A stretch of 64,000 nt of DNA from an uncultured Chlorobiota bacterium (GTDB lineage: Bacteria; Bacteroidota; Ignavibacteria; UBA10030; UBA6906). How positions within the stretch are numbered: the stretch's first letter is position 1; every line of letters starts with the position of its first letter. Positions 8,813-17,980 of this stretch are shown here, in pieces. The stretch spans positions 64,912-128,911 of the forward strand of contig CAADGV010000024.1 of assembly GCA_900696645.1 (NCBI GenBank). Reading direction: 5' to 3'. Below the pieces are notes generated by a model that ran no database searches, was not told the origin of the DNA, and saw only the letters and a list, made by a program, of their open reading frames with translations. The position numbers were made by a program, and so were the translations under genes.

Positions 8813-10168
8813 ATGGCTGGAAACACATACGGAACACAATTCAGAATCACAACGTTTGGCGAAAGCCACGGCCGTGCAATCGGCGTTGTTATGGATGGCG
8901 TACGGCCCGGACTGCCGATTGATACGGATTTCATTCAGAAGGAACTCGATCGTCGCCGCCCCGGACAAAGCAAGGTCACAACTGCGCGCAATGAGTCTGA
9001 TGCAGTTGAAATTCTCAGCGGGGTATTTGAAGGAAAAACTACCGGCACGCCGATCTGCATGATCATCTGGAACAAAGACCAGCAGTCAAAGCCGTATGAA
9101 AAGATCAAGGAGTTGTTTCGTCCCGGTCATGCCGGATACACGTATCTCGCCAAGTACGGAGTAAGCGATTATCGGGGCGGCGGACGTTCATCAGGCAGGG
9201 AAACAGCATCGCGGGTTGCCGCGGGAGCTGTTGCCAAATCTCTCCTCGCGAAGCGGGGCATTCATATTCTTGCGTACACAAAAGAAGTCGCGGGCATCGG
9301 AGGTCGAAGGATCAATCCCGACTTCATCGAGAAGAATCCACTTCGCGCCGCCGATCCTGAAGCAGCAAGAAAAATGGAGCGCAAAATCTTACAAGCGAAA
9401 ACAGACGGCGACTCGGTCGGCGGAATTGTTGAAATAATTGTGAAGAATGTTCCCGTCGGGCTCGGCGAGCCGGTGTTCGACAAGCTCGAAGCAGATCTCG
9501 CGAAAGCGCTTATGTCGATCGGGGCGATCAAGGGATTTGAAGTAGGGAATGGCTTTGAGGCTGCGCGCCTAAACGGGAGTGAGAACAACGACTCGATGTA
9601 TTTCGATAAGAAATCCCGTCGTGTACGCACAAGAACAAACAATGCCGGCGGTATTTCCGGTGGCATTTCCAACGGCGAAGACATTGTTCTGCGAATCGCC
9701 GTTAAACCTCCATCATCCATCCTCAAGAAACAGCGAACAGTCACGGTGAAAGGAAGGGCAGCGACAATTTCCGTTGAAGGCCGCCACGATCCGTGCATCT
9801 GTCCCCGCGTAGTGCCCGTTGCCGAATCAATGGTAGCCCTCACGCTACTCGACCATCTTACCCGCCAACAAATCTTGAGAAGCAAAACGACCTTGCAGGC
9901 GTTGAGGGATGATATCGATCTGCTTGACCATAACATCCTTTTGTTGATTGCCGAGCGGCAGAGATTTGTCGAGCAGGTTGGAATTCTGAAAAAGAAAAAA
10001 GGCAGGAACATTCACGATGCAGGGCGTGAGAAACAGATTCTTGCAAAACAGCTTGCTGCAGGCACCGCACTCGGGCTGGACCAAGAATTCGTGAGAGAAA
10101 TTTGTTCGGCTATCTTCAATCTTGCAAAATCGACACAGCGAAAGCTCAACGCCGGCTTGTTGAAGTAA
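8813..10168 (+). CDS. aroC: chorismate synthase fused to a C-terminal AroQ-type chorismate mutase domain
   Basis: N-terminal MAGNTYGTQFRITTFGESHGRAIG matches AroC; last ~90 aa (LQALRDDIDLLDHNILLLIAERQRFVEQVGILKKKKG...REKQIL) match the AroQ chorismate mutase helix pattern; 451 aa vs ~360 for AroC alone. Confidence 0.85.
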   Translation: MAGNTYGTQFRITTFGESHGRAIGVVMDGVRPGLPIDTDFIQKELDRRRPGQSKVTTARNESDAVEILSGVFEGKTTGTPICMIIWNKDQQSKPYEKIKELFRPGHAGYTYLAKYGVSDYRGGGRSSGRETASRVAAGAVAKSLLAKRGIHILAYTKEVAGIGGRRINPDFIEKNPLRAADPEAARKMERKILQAKTDGDSVGGIVEIIVKNVPVGLGEPVFDKLEADLAKALMSIGAIKGFEVGNGFEAARLNGSENNDSMYFDKKSRRVRTRTNNAGGISGGISNGEDIVLRIAVKPPSSILKKQRTVTVKGRAATISVEGRHDPCICPRVVPVAESMVALTLLDHLTRQQILRSKTTLQALRDDIDLLDHNILLLIAERQRFVEQVGILKKKKGRNIHDAGREKQILAKQLAAGTALGLDQEFVREICSAIFNLAKSTQRKLNAGLLK

Positions 10169-10376
10169 GGGAGAGCAGGAAAGTATTACGGCACACTATT
10201 CGCCACCTGTAAGTCGGCGGCGTTTGTTTTTTCGGGATTTCGCTACGGAATTTCACACGATTACGCAAATGTGTCGGTTGCAACGTGTAATACCCGGAAG
10301 AAAGTCTCGAATTTCCACCCGCTGCAAGATGTAATTTCTACAAATTTCCATACAGAGAGTTGGCACGCGAGTATCT

Positions 10377-11081
10377 ATGGCGATGATCGAGATTCAACAC
10401 ATCACGAAGAAGTTCGGGTCCTTCACGGCAGTCAATAATCTGAGCTTGAGCATCGAATCCGGACAACTGTTCGGATTTCTCGGTCCCAACGGGGCGGGAA
10501 AAACCACTACCATCAAGATGCTCACAGGCTTGTACGAGCCGACGTCGGGTCATTGTTTCATCAACGGTCATGATGTTCACTGGACTCCGCTCGAGGCGAA
10601 GCGAAGTTTCGGATATGTGCCGGATCAGCCGTTCCTGTATGACAAGCTCTCGGGGAGGGAGTTCCTGCACTTCGTCGGTGGGTTGTTCGGGATGCCGTAC
10701 GAATCGGTGAAAGCGAAGGTTGATGAAGTGAAAGACTACTTTGAGATCGGCTCGTTCATGGACAAGCGGGCTGAAGAATACTCGCAGGGAATGAAACAAC
10801 GCATTGTGCTTTCGGCGGCGCTGATGCACAATCCGCCTGTTCTGATTATCGACGAACCGATTGTAGGGCTGGATCCGCGCAGCGCCCGACTGGTAAAGGA
10901 TGTGTTGAAGCAGAAAACAAAAGAGGGATTGACGGTTTTCATGTCAACCCATCTGCTTGAGGTGGTGGAAGAATTGTGTGACCGCATTGCGATAATCAAG
11001 AATGGCAGGATTATCTACGAGGACGTACCTGCGCAGCGAAACGGCGACCTCGAAGAAATGTTCCTTGAGTTGACGAAATAA
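10377..11081 (+). CDS. ABC transporter ATP-binding protein
   Basis: Walker A GPNGAGKTT, ABC signature LSGREFLHF..YSQGMKQR, Walker B LIIDEP, 234 aa. Confidence 0.8.
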   Translation: MAMIEIQHITKKFGSFTAVNNLSLSIESGQLFGFLGPNGAGKTTTIKMLTGLYEPTSGHCFINGHDVHWTPLEAKRSFGYVPDQPFLYDKLSGREFLHFVGGLFGMPYESVKAKVDEVKDYFEIGSFMDKRAEEYSQGMKQRIVLSAALMHNPPVLIIDEPIVGLDPRSARLVKDVLKQKTKEGLTVFMSTHLLEVVEELCDRIAIIKNGRIIYEDVPAQRNGDLEEMFLELTK

Positions 11082-11083
11082 CT

Positions 11084-12772
11084 ATGCGGGAACTTCTTGT
11101 TGTTCTGAATACCCGGGCGCAGAGTTTCCTGAAGCATGCATTTGAGTTCCGGTGGCAGAGTCTTGTGCAAAACCTGTCGTCACTTCTCATCTTCGGCGGA
11201 TTCACTATCGCCGTGTTCTTCATATCACGGAGCGTAACCGACTACGCAATGTCGCAAGCACATATCGGTCTGTTTCTCTTTCACCGGTTTCTTTCGATGC
11301 TGCTGTATGTTTTCTTCGTGACCGTTAATGTCGGAAACATGATTGTCTCGTTCGGCACACTGTACCGCTCGCAAGAAGTCGGATTCCTGATGTCATTGCC
11401 AATCTCTCATGCCAAAATCTTTCTCATCAAATTCGTTGATAATTTCTTCTACAGCTCAAGCACGCTGACACTGATCGGGCTTGCCGTGCTGTTGGGCTAC
11501 GGCTCGTATTTCGACATGCCGTGGTATTTCTACTTTGTTGTAATTTTTCTTGTGATGCTCCCCTTCATGTTGATATCGGGAATTCTGGCTGTCACAGCAT
11601 TGATGCTTTTGATACGAATCGGAGCCCGCATCGGGTTTCGACTGCTGCTCATGCTTCTTGTTGGTGCGTATGGGGCTTCCGTGTATGCGTATTTTCGTAT
11701 CACCAACCCGATGGCGTTGGTGGAAGATGTGATGAAGCTATGGCCTAACGTCAACGACTATCTCGGTTATCTCGATCCGCAGTTTGTGAAGTTTCTGCCG
11801 AATCACTGGGTTGCGGAGTTTCTGTATTGGTCGATCAACGGTGATCCTGCACGTGCCGTACCGTACCTTGCGCTTCTTGTGTTAACGATGCTGGGTTTGA
11901 TTGCCGTCGCAGGACTAATGGCAAGAAAGTTCTACTACGAAAGCTGGCTTGCAGTTTCGAATTTGCAGGCGGCAAAAAACAATTCCGCTTCAAAGCCGCC
12001 AGGCCTGTTCAGACTTGACGGCAAGAACCTGTTTTCTCCAAAGCTTGACGCTTTGATGCGGAGGGACTTCTGGCTGTTCTTTCGGGAGCCGAGTCAATGG
12101 CTGCATCTTGTGCTGATGTTTGTTCTGCTTCTGATGTTCGTCGTGTCCGTTGCGACGATGAATATCCGGTTTGACAGTCCCGGGATGGAGACGAACGCAT
12201 TTCTCATTGTCTTTCTGTTCAACGGATTTCTGGTAGCTTCGATCTGTCTCAGGTTCATTTTTCCTTTAGTGAGTTTGGAGGGAGATGCTTTCTGGGTAAT
12301 CCGATCGGCTCCGATCGTGATGAACAGACTCTATTGGTACAAAGTTCTTGGATCGATGGGCGTTGTGCTGGCACTTGCGGAAACACTGACGATTAGTTCA
12401 GTTTTCTTGTTCTCGCAAAGCGTCTATCTTACCACTATCGCTGCAATCATGATGTTTTTTGTTGTCTTGACGCTCGTAGGGACCAACGTTGCTGCGGGTG
12501 GGTACTTCGCTGTGTTCAAAGAGAAGAATCCCATGCGCATCGCGTCGTCACAGGGTGCATCGCTTACGTTTCTTGGCAGTATGGTGTACCTTACGTTCGT
12601 GTCGACATTGCTCGTGATTCCCTTCAACCGGTATTTTCAGCAATCGGAGTTTGCCGGCATGGCAACCCCGCATTGGATGCACTGGTCCTTCATCCTGATC
12701 GGACTGATTTCGATGGCGATTTTTTTTCTTTCGTCGTTCATCGGGGTGAAGGCATTGCGGCGCAGCGGATAA
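11084..12772 (+). CDS. ABC-2 type transporter permease (polytopic membrane protein)
   Basis: 562 aa, at least 10 hydrophobic segments, starts 3 nt after the ATPase stop. Confidence 0.6.
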   Translation: MRELLVVLNTRAQSFLKHAFEFRWQSLVQNLSSLLIFGGFTIAVFFISRSVTDYAMSQAHIGLFLFHRFLSMLLYVFFVTVNVGNMIVSFGTLYRSQEVGFLMSLPISHAKIFLIKFVDNFFYSSSTLTLIGLAVLLGYGSYFDMPWYFYFVVIFLVMLPFMLISGILAVTALMLLIRIGARIGFRLLLMLLVGAYGASVYAYFRITNPMALVEDVMKLWPNVNDYLGYLDPQFVKFLPNHWVAEFLYWSINGDPARAVPYLALLVLTMLGLIAVAGLMARKFYYESWLAVSNLQAAKNNSASKPPGLFRLDGKNLFSPKLDALMRRDFWLFFREPSQWLHLVLMFVLLLMFVVSVATMNIRFDSPGMETNAFLIVFLFNGFLVASICLRFIFPLVSLEGDAFWVIRSAPIVMNRLYWYKVLGSMGVVLALAETLTISSVFLFSQSVYLTTIAAIMMFFVVLTLVGTNVAAGGYFAVFKEKNPMRIASSQGASLTFLGSMVYLTFVSTLLVIPFNRYFQQSEFAGMATPHWMHWSFILIGLISMAIFFLSSFIGVKALRRSG

Positions 12773-13026
12773 ATCATCGGCCTTTGCGTCCGTTTCCGTT
12801 TGAATTCAAATCCTTTTTTGTGTTACTTCATTCGGTGAGCAGGTTTCATCATCACATCTTGCATCATCGGTCGGCGACGAGTCAACGAAACTGTGCGTTC
12901 GCCGATTCATCCGGGCCAACTCGAACAATATTGCAAGGCTGCGTTGCGGGCCGCCAAGCGCCTGAGGCCGACATCCCGTCAATAATCGCAAGAATCACAC
13001 CGGGTCATCCGAAAAACGTTAATCGC

Positions 13027-15042
13027 ATGATTTTTGTTCTACACCACTTGAACTTCCTTCGACGCAGAATTCCGGGAATAGTTCTTCTGCTCATTGTGCT
13101 GTTTACCTCCGCCGAAAGTCAGCAAACGGTTGAGCGCTCGCAAGAGGTAGAGCAACTGTTCAAGAATGCGCTTTCGCTCTACACGAGCGGGAATTTTGCT
13201 GAAGCATCTACTGCATTTAATCGGCTCGCCGAGCGTTCGCCTCTGCATCATCGTACCACCGCAGCAATTGTGATGAAGGCAAAAGCTGACCTGTATGGCG
13301 GGCGATACAGTGACGCTGAAACTGCGCTGCAGAAACTCTTCACACAATTTCCGTCGAGTTCCTATAAGGGTGATGCCGAATACACCTTGGGACTTGTGCA
13401 ACTGAAAAAGCAATCATATTCCGATGCGCTACGGGAGTTCGTCAAGTGTTGGCGAACAATTGCCAACCGCCCGAATCACCTTCAGTTGTACAGATTATTG
13501 ATGGCAACGATTGATTCAACAATTGATGAATATGTTTCTCTGCAAGACTTGGAGCAAGTTATTGCCGAAACACCCGGCGGCAGCGAGCGAGAGTTTCTGT
13601 TGTTGGGATTGGCGAGAAGACAGTTTGATGAACGCAGATACGCGGAAGCAACCGCAACACTGATTCAGATAGAAAAATCCGGCCAAGCTCTTGTGTTCCC
13701 TGCGCGCCTGAAGGAACTTCAGCAAGTCCTTGCGGCGCCCAGGGAAGTCCGAATCGGCGTTCTTCTCCCGCTTATGAAAAGAAGCACTCAACCAACCCGG
13801 GAGAAGGAAGTGGGAACCGGATTGCTGGACGGCATTTCATTTGCAATGCAAGAATACTCACGGGGACATCATGCACGAAAGGTGACGCTGGATGTTCGCG
13901 ACACGGAAGGTGACCCTGCGACCGCCGCGGCAATGTTCAAAGAACTGGCCTCCGACGGCTCTCTGCTTAGCGTGATCGGGCCGGCATTTTCTTCGGAAGC
14001 CATTGCAGTGAGAAGATTAGCCAACGAATTCCGGATTCCCACCATTACTCCAACAGCAAATGCCAACGGCATTGCCGAGTCCGGTTTTTTCGTTTTTCAA
14101 GCAAATCCGGATTTTGATACGCGGGCCAAAGCAATGGCATCGTATGCAGTGAAAACGCTGCAGTTCAAACGACTTGCGGTATTGGCGCCGAAGGAACAAA
14201 CAAGCAAGAATCTGGCGGAAGCATTTGCCCGCGACGCGCAACAGTTGGGTGCCACTGTTATTACAACGGAATGGTACGACAGAGGCGCTGCCGACCTGAC
14301 GCAGCAATTGATCAGTGTTCGGAGGAAGGCGAACACGTTTGCGCAGGAACCGTATCTGAATTTTGAGAAACTCACACAGAAGGATATTGGCAAGCTGAGC
14401 AAACTCGGTGTCTCCGCAAAAGTAATGGATAGCTTGATAGTACGCCGCAGCGTTGCCAATGCTATTTCTCTGCTCGGGTCCGAAGCCCGGTCGGTCTTGA
14501 CCGAGAACGAAATTCAATATGTCCTGAGCGATCCCAGAATTGACAGCTTGCAGCGGATCGTTACGACGGTGGAGGGCTTATACTGTCCGATCAGTTCACC
14601 GGTGGAAATCGGCGTGATCTCTTCCCAGCTTGCATATTTCGGAATTGAAACGACACTGCTGGGTTCCGGCGAGTGGAACAGCATTGCCGAACTCAATGCA
14701 AACAAACGGTACGTGAGAAGTGTGCTGTTCGAGTCCGATTCATATATCGATACAAAAGATATGCGTGTTCGGGACTTCACGTACAAATTCTCAAATATGT
14801 TTGGCAGAATGCCGGGTAGGAATGACTTCTACGGCTATGATGTGACTCGACTTGTGCTCTCGGCGCTCGACCAAGGTTTGTCAACGCGGGAAGAGTTGCG
14901 CGATGCACTTGCGCAAGTCAGATCATTCCCCACTCTTCACGCAAAAATATCGCTTGCCCAGCGGCGAGTGAATTCCTGGCTGCATGTTCTGCAGTATGCA
15001 AATGAAACAATTCAACGGGTTGCCGAACTCGAAGTCGAATGA
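13027..15042 (+). CDS. secreted TPR + type I periplasmic-binding-fold protein (LpoA-like architecture)
   Basis: signal peptide (MIFVLHHLNFLRRRIPGIVLLLIVLFTSA), TPR-like helical N-terminal region, C-terminal LivJ/ANF-receptor-like fold; start placed at ATG 13027 because the upstream 118 codons overlap the permease and look like read-through. Confidence 0.5.
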   Translation: MIFVLHHLNFLRRRIPGIVLLLIVLFTSAESQQTVERSQEVEQLFKNALSLYTSGNFAEASTAFNRLAERSPLHHRTTAAIVMKAKADLYGGRYSDAETALQKLFTQFPSSSYKGDAEYTLGLVQLKKQSYSDALREFVKCWRTIANRPNHLQLYRLLMATIDSTIDEYVSLQDLEQVIAETPGGSEREFLLLGLARRQFDERRYAEATATLIQIEKSGQALVFPARLKELQQVLAAPREVRIGVLLPLMKRSTQPTREKEVGTGLLDGISFAMQEYSRGHHARKVTLDVRDTEGDPATAAAMFKELASDGSLLSVIGPAFSSEAIAVRRLANEFRIPTITPTANANGIAESGFFVFQANPDFDTRAKAMASYAVKTLQFKRLAVLAPKEQTSKNLAEAFARDAQQLGATVITTEWYDRGAADLTQQLISVRRKANTFAQEPYLNFEKLTQKDIGKLSKLGVSAKVMDSLIVRRSVANAISLLGSEARSVLTENEIQYVLSDPRIDSLQRIVTTVEGLYCPISSPVEIGVISSQLAYFGIETTLLGSGEWNSIAELNANKRYVRSVLFESDSYIDTKDMRVRDFTYKFSNMFGRMPGRNDFYGYDVTRLVLSALDQGLSTREELRDALAQVRSFPTLHAKISLAQRRVNSWLHVLQYANETIQRVAELEVE

Positions 15043-15048
15043 CAGTAT

Positions 15049-15750
15049 ATGGTCCACGAACCCTCTCCTCACCACACAAAAATCAAAGACTGGCCTGAAG
15101 CCGAACGGCCGCGCGAGAAACTCCTGCAACGCGGAGCACATGCGTTAAGTGATGCGGAACTGCTGGCCATTCTGATTCGTGTCGGTTCAGGGAAAGCGAC
15201 GGCAGTAGATCTTGCCCGATCCATCCTCGTTCAGGAAAAGAACCTGCATGCTATTGCAGGGAAAACACCGCAAGAGCTGATGCGAGTGAAGGGAATCGGC
15301 GAAGCGAAAGCTGTGGAACTGCTTGCCGCATTTGAGATTGGGAGGAGGGTGCAGGGAATGAACGGAGCGGAACGTATCATCGTTCATTCACCCGAGGATG
15401 TTGCCCGGTTCATGATTCCCCGACTCAGGGACAGGAAGTACGAGTCATTCTGGGTGTTGCTTCTGGATTCGAAGAACGGATTGATGCATGACAAGGAACT
15501 GACCGTGGGAACGCTGAACGCAAGCCTTGTTCATCCTCGTGAAGTGTTCAAGTTGGCGATTGATTGGGTGGCCGCGGCCGTCATCGTGGTGCACAATCAT
15601 CCAAGCGGGAACCGTGAACCAAGCTCGGAGGATTTGAGCATCACCCGGCAATTGGTGGAGGCAGGGAAGATTGTCGGCATTCCTCTTCACGATCATGTAA
15701 TTGTCGCGGGTGATGCATATACAAGTTTTGCAGAACGAGCCCTCTTGTAG
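15049..15750 (+). CDS. radC: RadC-family JAB/MPN domain protein
   Basis: N-terminal helix-hairpin-helix region (ELLAILIRVGSGK), JAMM motif HNHPSG..EPS.ED, 233 aa. Confidence 0.8.
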   Translation: MVHEPSPHHTKIKDWPEAERPREKLLQRGAHALSDAELLAILIRVGSGKATAVDLARSILVQEKNLHAIAGKTPQELMRVKGIGEAKAVELLAAFEIGRRVQGMNGAERIIVHSPEDVARFMIPRLRDRKYESFWVLLLDSKNGLMHDKELTVGTLNASLVHPREVFKLAIDWVAAAVIVVHNHPSGNREPSSEDLSITRQLVEAGKIVGIPLHDHVIVAGDAYTSFAERALL

Positions 15751-15784
15751 CGATAAAAGCCGTGATTGCCGTGCCCGAATCTTG

Positions 15785-15813
15785 TTGACATCGTAGGCCA
15801 TTTTGATTATTAT
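15785..15813 (+). promoter_or_regulatory. sigma70-type promoter TTGACA-17-TATTAT upstream of the lipoprotein gene
   Basis: consensus -35 and near-consensus -10 hexamers with 17-nt spacer, about 50 nt upstream of ATG 15865. Confidence 0.4.
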
Positions 15814-15864
15814 TGATACGAGAATTTACTGCTGCACCCTATCCCTAATAAATGGAGGTTTATC

Positions 15865-16140
15865 ATGAAGGAAAAAAGAGTCGGTCTTTCTGCTCTGTTG
15901 GTGGCTTTCCTTTTTGCCTCCTCATTGTTTGTCGCCGGCTGTTCAGGTAAAGCCGATGCCGAACAGATGAGGCAACTGAACAGTCTGAAAGAAGAGTATG
16001 CTGCTCTGCAACGTGAAGTGGCATCCAAGGAGCAGGCGAAATCCAATCTCCAGCGCGAGATTGCCGATGCCAATGCAAAACTGAAGAAATGCAGCGACGA
16101 TCAAGAGATCGTCAAGCAACGTCTCGCGAACTGGAAATAA
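15865..16140 (+). CDS. small coiled-coil outer-membrane lipoprotein (Lpp-like), C-terminal Lys
   Basis: lipobox LFVAGC, heptad-rich 60-aa helix, ends ...LANWK; strong RBS ggagg. Confidence 0.6.
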   Translation: MKEKRVGLSALLVAFLFASSLFVAGCSGKADAEQMRQLNSLKEEYAALQREVASKEQAKSNLQREIADANAKLKKCSDDQEIVKQRLANWK

Positions 16141-16152
16141 GGAGAACTGAAC

Positions 16153-16878
16153 ATGAAAACCATTAGAATGTATGCAATCCTTGTTCTCGTTGTCGTCTTC
16201 GCAGGCGTTTCGTTTGCACAGGAAATGTCAAAGAGTGAATGGGAACAGGAAGTCAACCGGTACACGCAATTGCGTAACGAACTACAGACAAAACTCCAGC
16301 AACTGAACAACGAGATCTCCGGTATGCAGGGTCAAGTAACGACTCTGAATGGTGATATTAACAAGTGTATGGACGCGTTGTATGCGCTTGTCGGTTCGGA
16401 CGCGACGCAGGCTGCCGCCTATCGTGCAGAGATTGAAGCGGCTGAACAAAAAGCTGCCGAATTGATGCGCCTCTCGGATGCGGATCTGTTTGCCCGAAAA
16501 AGCGAAGTAGATGCCCTTGCCGCGAAGGCGAAGCAATTTCGTACCAATAAGCTTTCGCTGATTCCCGAATTTTCCGATAAGCTCGATGGACTGGATCAGT
16601 CAATCGCAAGTCTGCAACGCACGATTGCAGGTTATGGACGCGGTGAATATACTGTTGTCAGGAATGATAATCTGTGGAACATCGCGAAGAAGCGTGATAT
16701 CTATAACAACGCATGGTTGTGGCCGAAAATCTGGCAGGCCAATACCGATAAGATCAAGAATCCAGATCTGATCTATCCGAACCAGCGATTCTCGGTTCCG
16801 GGTGGCAGCGCCCTTGATGCAAACGAAAAGGCTGCGGCAAACCGGTACTATGCGAAGAAACGGCAAGAGGGAGCTTAA
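16153..16878 (+). CDS. secreted coiled-coil protein with C-terminal LysM peptidoglycan-binding domain
   Basis: signal peptide, long coiled-coil, LysM motif YTVVRNDNLWNIAKK...IYPNQRFSVP; 13 nt after the lipoprotein gene. Confidence 0.65.
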   Translation: MKTIRMYAILVLVVVFAGVSFAQEMSKSEWEQEVNRYTQLRNELQTKLQQLNNEISGMQGQVTTLNGDINKCMDALYALVGSDATQAAAYRAEIEAAEQKAAELMRLSDADLFARKSEVDALAAKAKQFRTNKLSLIPEFSDKLDGLDQSIASLQRTIAGYGRGEYTVVRNDNLWNIAKKRDIYNNAWLWPKIWQANTDKIKNPDLIYPNQRFSVPGGSALDANEKAAANRYYAKKRQEGA

Positions 16879-16907
16879 GAATATTCTTGCTTGAGGATGT
16901 ACACACA

Positions 16908-16949
16908 ACCCTCTTTCCCTCGTCAAGCGGGGAAGGGGGTTTTGTATTT
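16908..16949 (+). terminator. probable rho-independent terminator after the LysM gene
   Basis: imperfect GC-rich hairpin ccctctttccct...ggggaaggggg followed by ttttgtattt. Confidence 0.45.
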
Positions 16950-16990
16950 GATGAGAGTAACATGAAGTTGAACACTGTCAAGGGAGTAGT

Positions 16991-17977
16991 TTGGTAGAAA
17001 AGAAAATACGTCTTGAAGGTGTCGATACACTGGGCCTGCTTGGCCTTCATGATGCAAATCTTCGAATTCTGGAGAACAAGTTCGACGCGACAATTCATAT
17101 ACGCGGGGAAGCGGTGACTGTACGTGGAAGCCAAGAGGAAGTAGAGCAAGTGGAGAAGGTGTTCAAGGAATTGATCTTCCTGCTGAACAGAAACAGCACG
17201 CTTTCTACAAACGATGTTGAGACGGTCGTGGATCTTGTCACTGCGAATGGAGAGCCCGCACTGCCCAAGAACATTGCATCGACCTTCAGCCGGGAAGAGC
17301 TTGATTCCGTCGTTCTCTACACAAAGAATCAGATCATCCGCGCGAAAACGCCGGGCCAGCGTGACTATCTCAAATCAATGCGGAAGAATGATATTGTTTT
17401 TGCGGTAGGGCCGGCCGGTACAGGTAAAACCTACCTTGGGGTGGCGCTCGCGGTGGCAAGCCTCAAGAACAATGAAATCACCAAGATTGTTTTGACGAGA
17501 CCGGCGGTCGAGGCCGGTGAAAGTCTTGGTTTTCTCCCGGGCGATCTTAAGGAGAAAATTGATCCGTACCTGCGCCCGTTGTACGATGCGCTTGACGATA
17601 TGATTCCCGGGGAGAAACTGAGGACGTATCTTGAGAAGCGAGTCATTGAAATTGCGCCGCTTGCGTACATGCGGGGCAGGACGCTCAACAATGCGTTTGT
17701 TATTCTCGACGAAGCGCAAAACGCCTCGGCAATGCAAATGAAAATGTTCCTGACGCGTCTCGGACCGAATTCACGCGCCATCATTACCGGTGATGTGACG
17801 CAGATAGACCTTCCGACAAAGTCCGCATCCGGTCTTGTGCAAATTCAGGAGGTGCTGCGGGGGGTTGAGGGAATCGGCTTCGTGTACTTCGACAGAAATG
17901 ATGTCGTGCGCCACCGTCTCGTCAAGGACATTATTGATGCGTACGACAAGTATCAGAATGGAGAAAAGCAGGTGTAA
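16991..17977 (+). CDS. phoH: PhoH-like ATPase
   Basis: Walker A GPAGTGKTYLGVALA, PhoH block RIILTRPAVEAGE..GFLPGD, 328 aa. Confidence 0.85.
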   Translation: MVEKKIRLEGVDTLGLLGLHDANLRILENKFDATIHIRGEAVTVRGSQEEVEQVEKVFKELIFLLNRNSTLSTNDVETVVDLVTANGEPALPKNIASTFSREELDSVVLYTKNQIIRAKTPGQRDYLKSMRKNDIVFAVGPAGTGKTYLGVALAVASLKNNEITKIVLTRPAVEAGESLGFLPGDLKEKIDPYLRPLYDALDDMIPGEKLRTYLEKRVIEIAPLAYMRGRTLNNAFVILDEAQNASAMQMKMFLTRLGPNSRAIITGDVTQIDLPTKSASGLVQIQEVLRGVEGIGFVYFDRNDVVRHRLVKDIIDAYDKYQNGEKQV

Positions 17978-17980
17978 GCC

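Noticed and set aside
9262-10011. 249-aa minus-strand ORF opposite aroC
   Set aside because: Antisense to a conserved chorismate synthase; Ser/Arg/Pro-rich composition; GC-rich shadow frame.
12673-13026. 118-codon N-terminal extension of the LpoA-like ORF overlapping the end of the ABC permease
   Set aside because: The signal peptide begins at ATG 13027. The upstream part overlaps a well-supported membrane protein in another frame and has atypical His/Arg-rich composition, so it is most likely read-through of an open frame.
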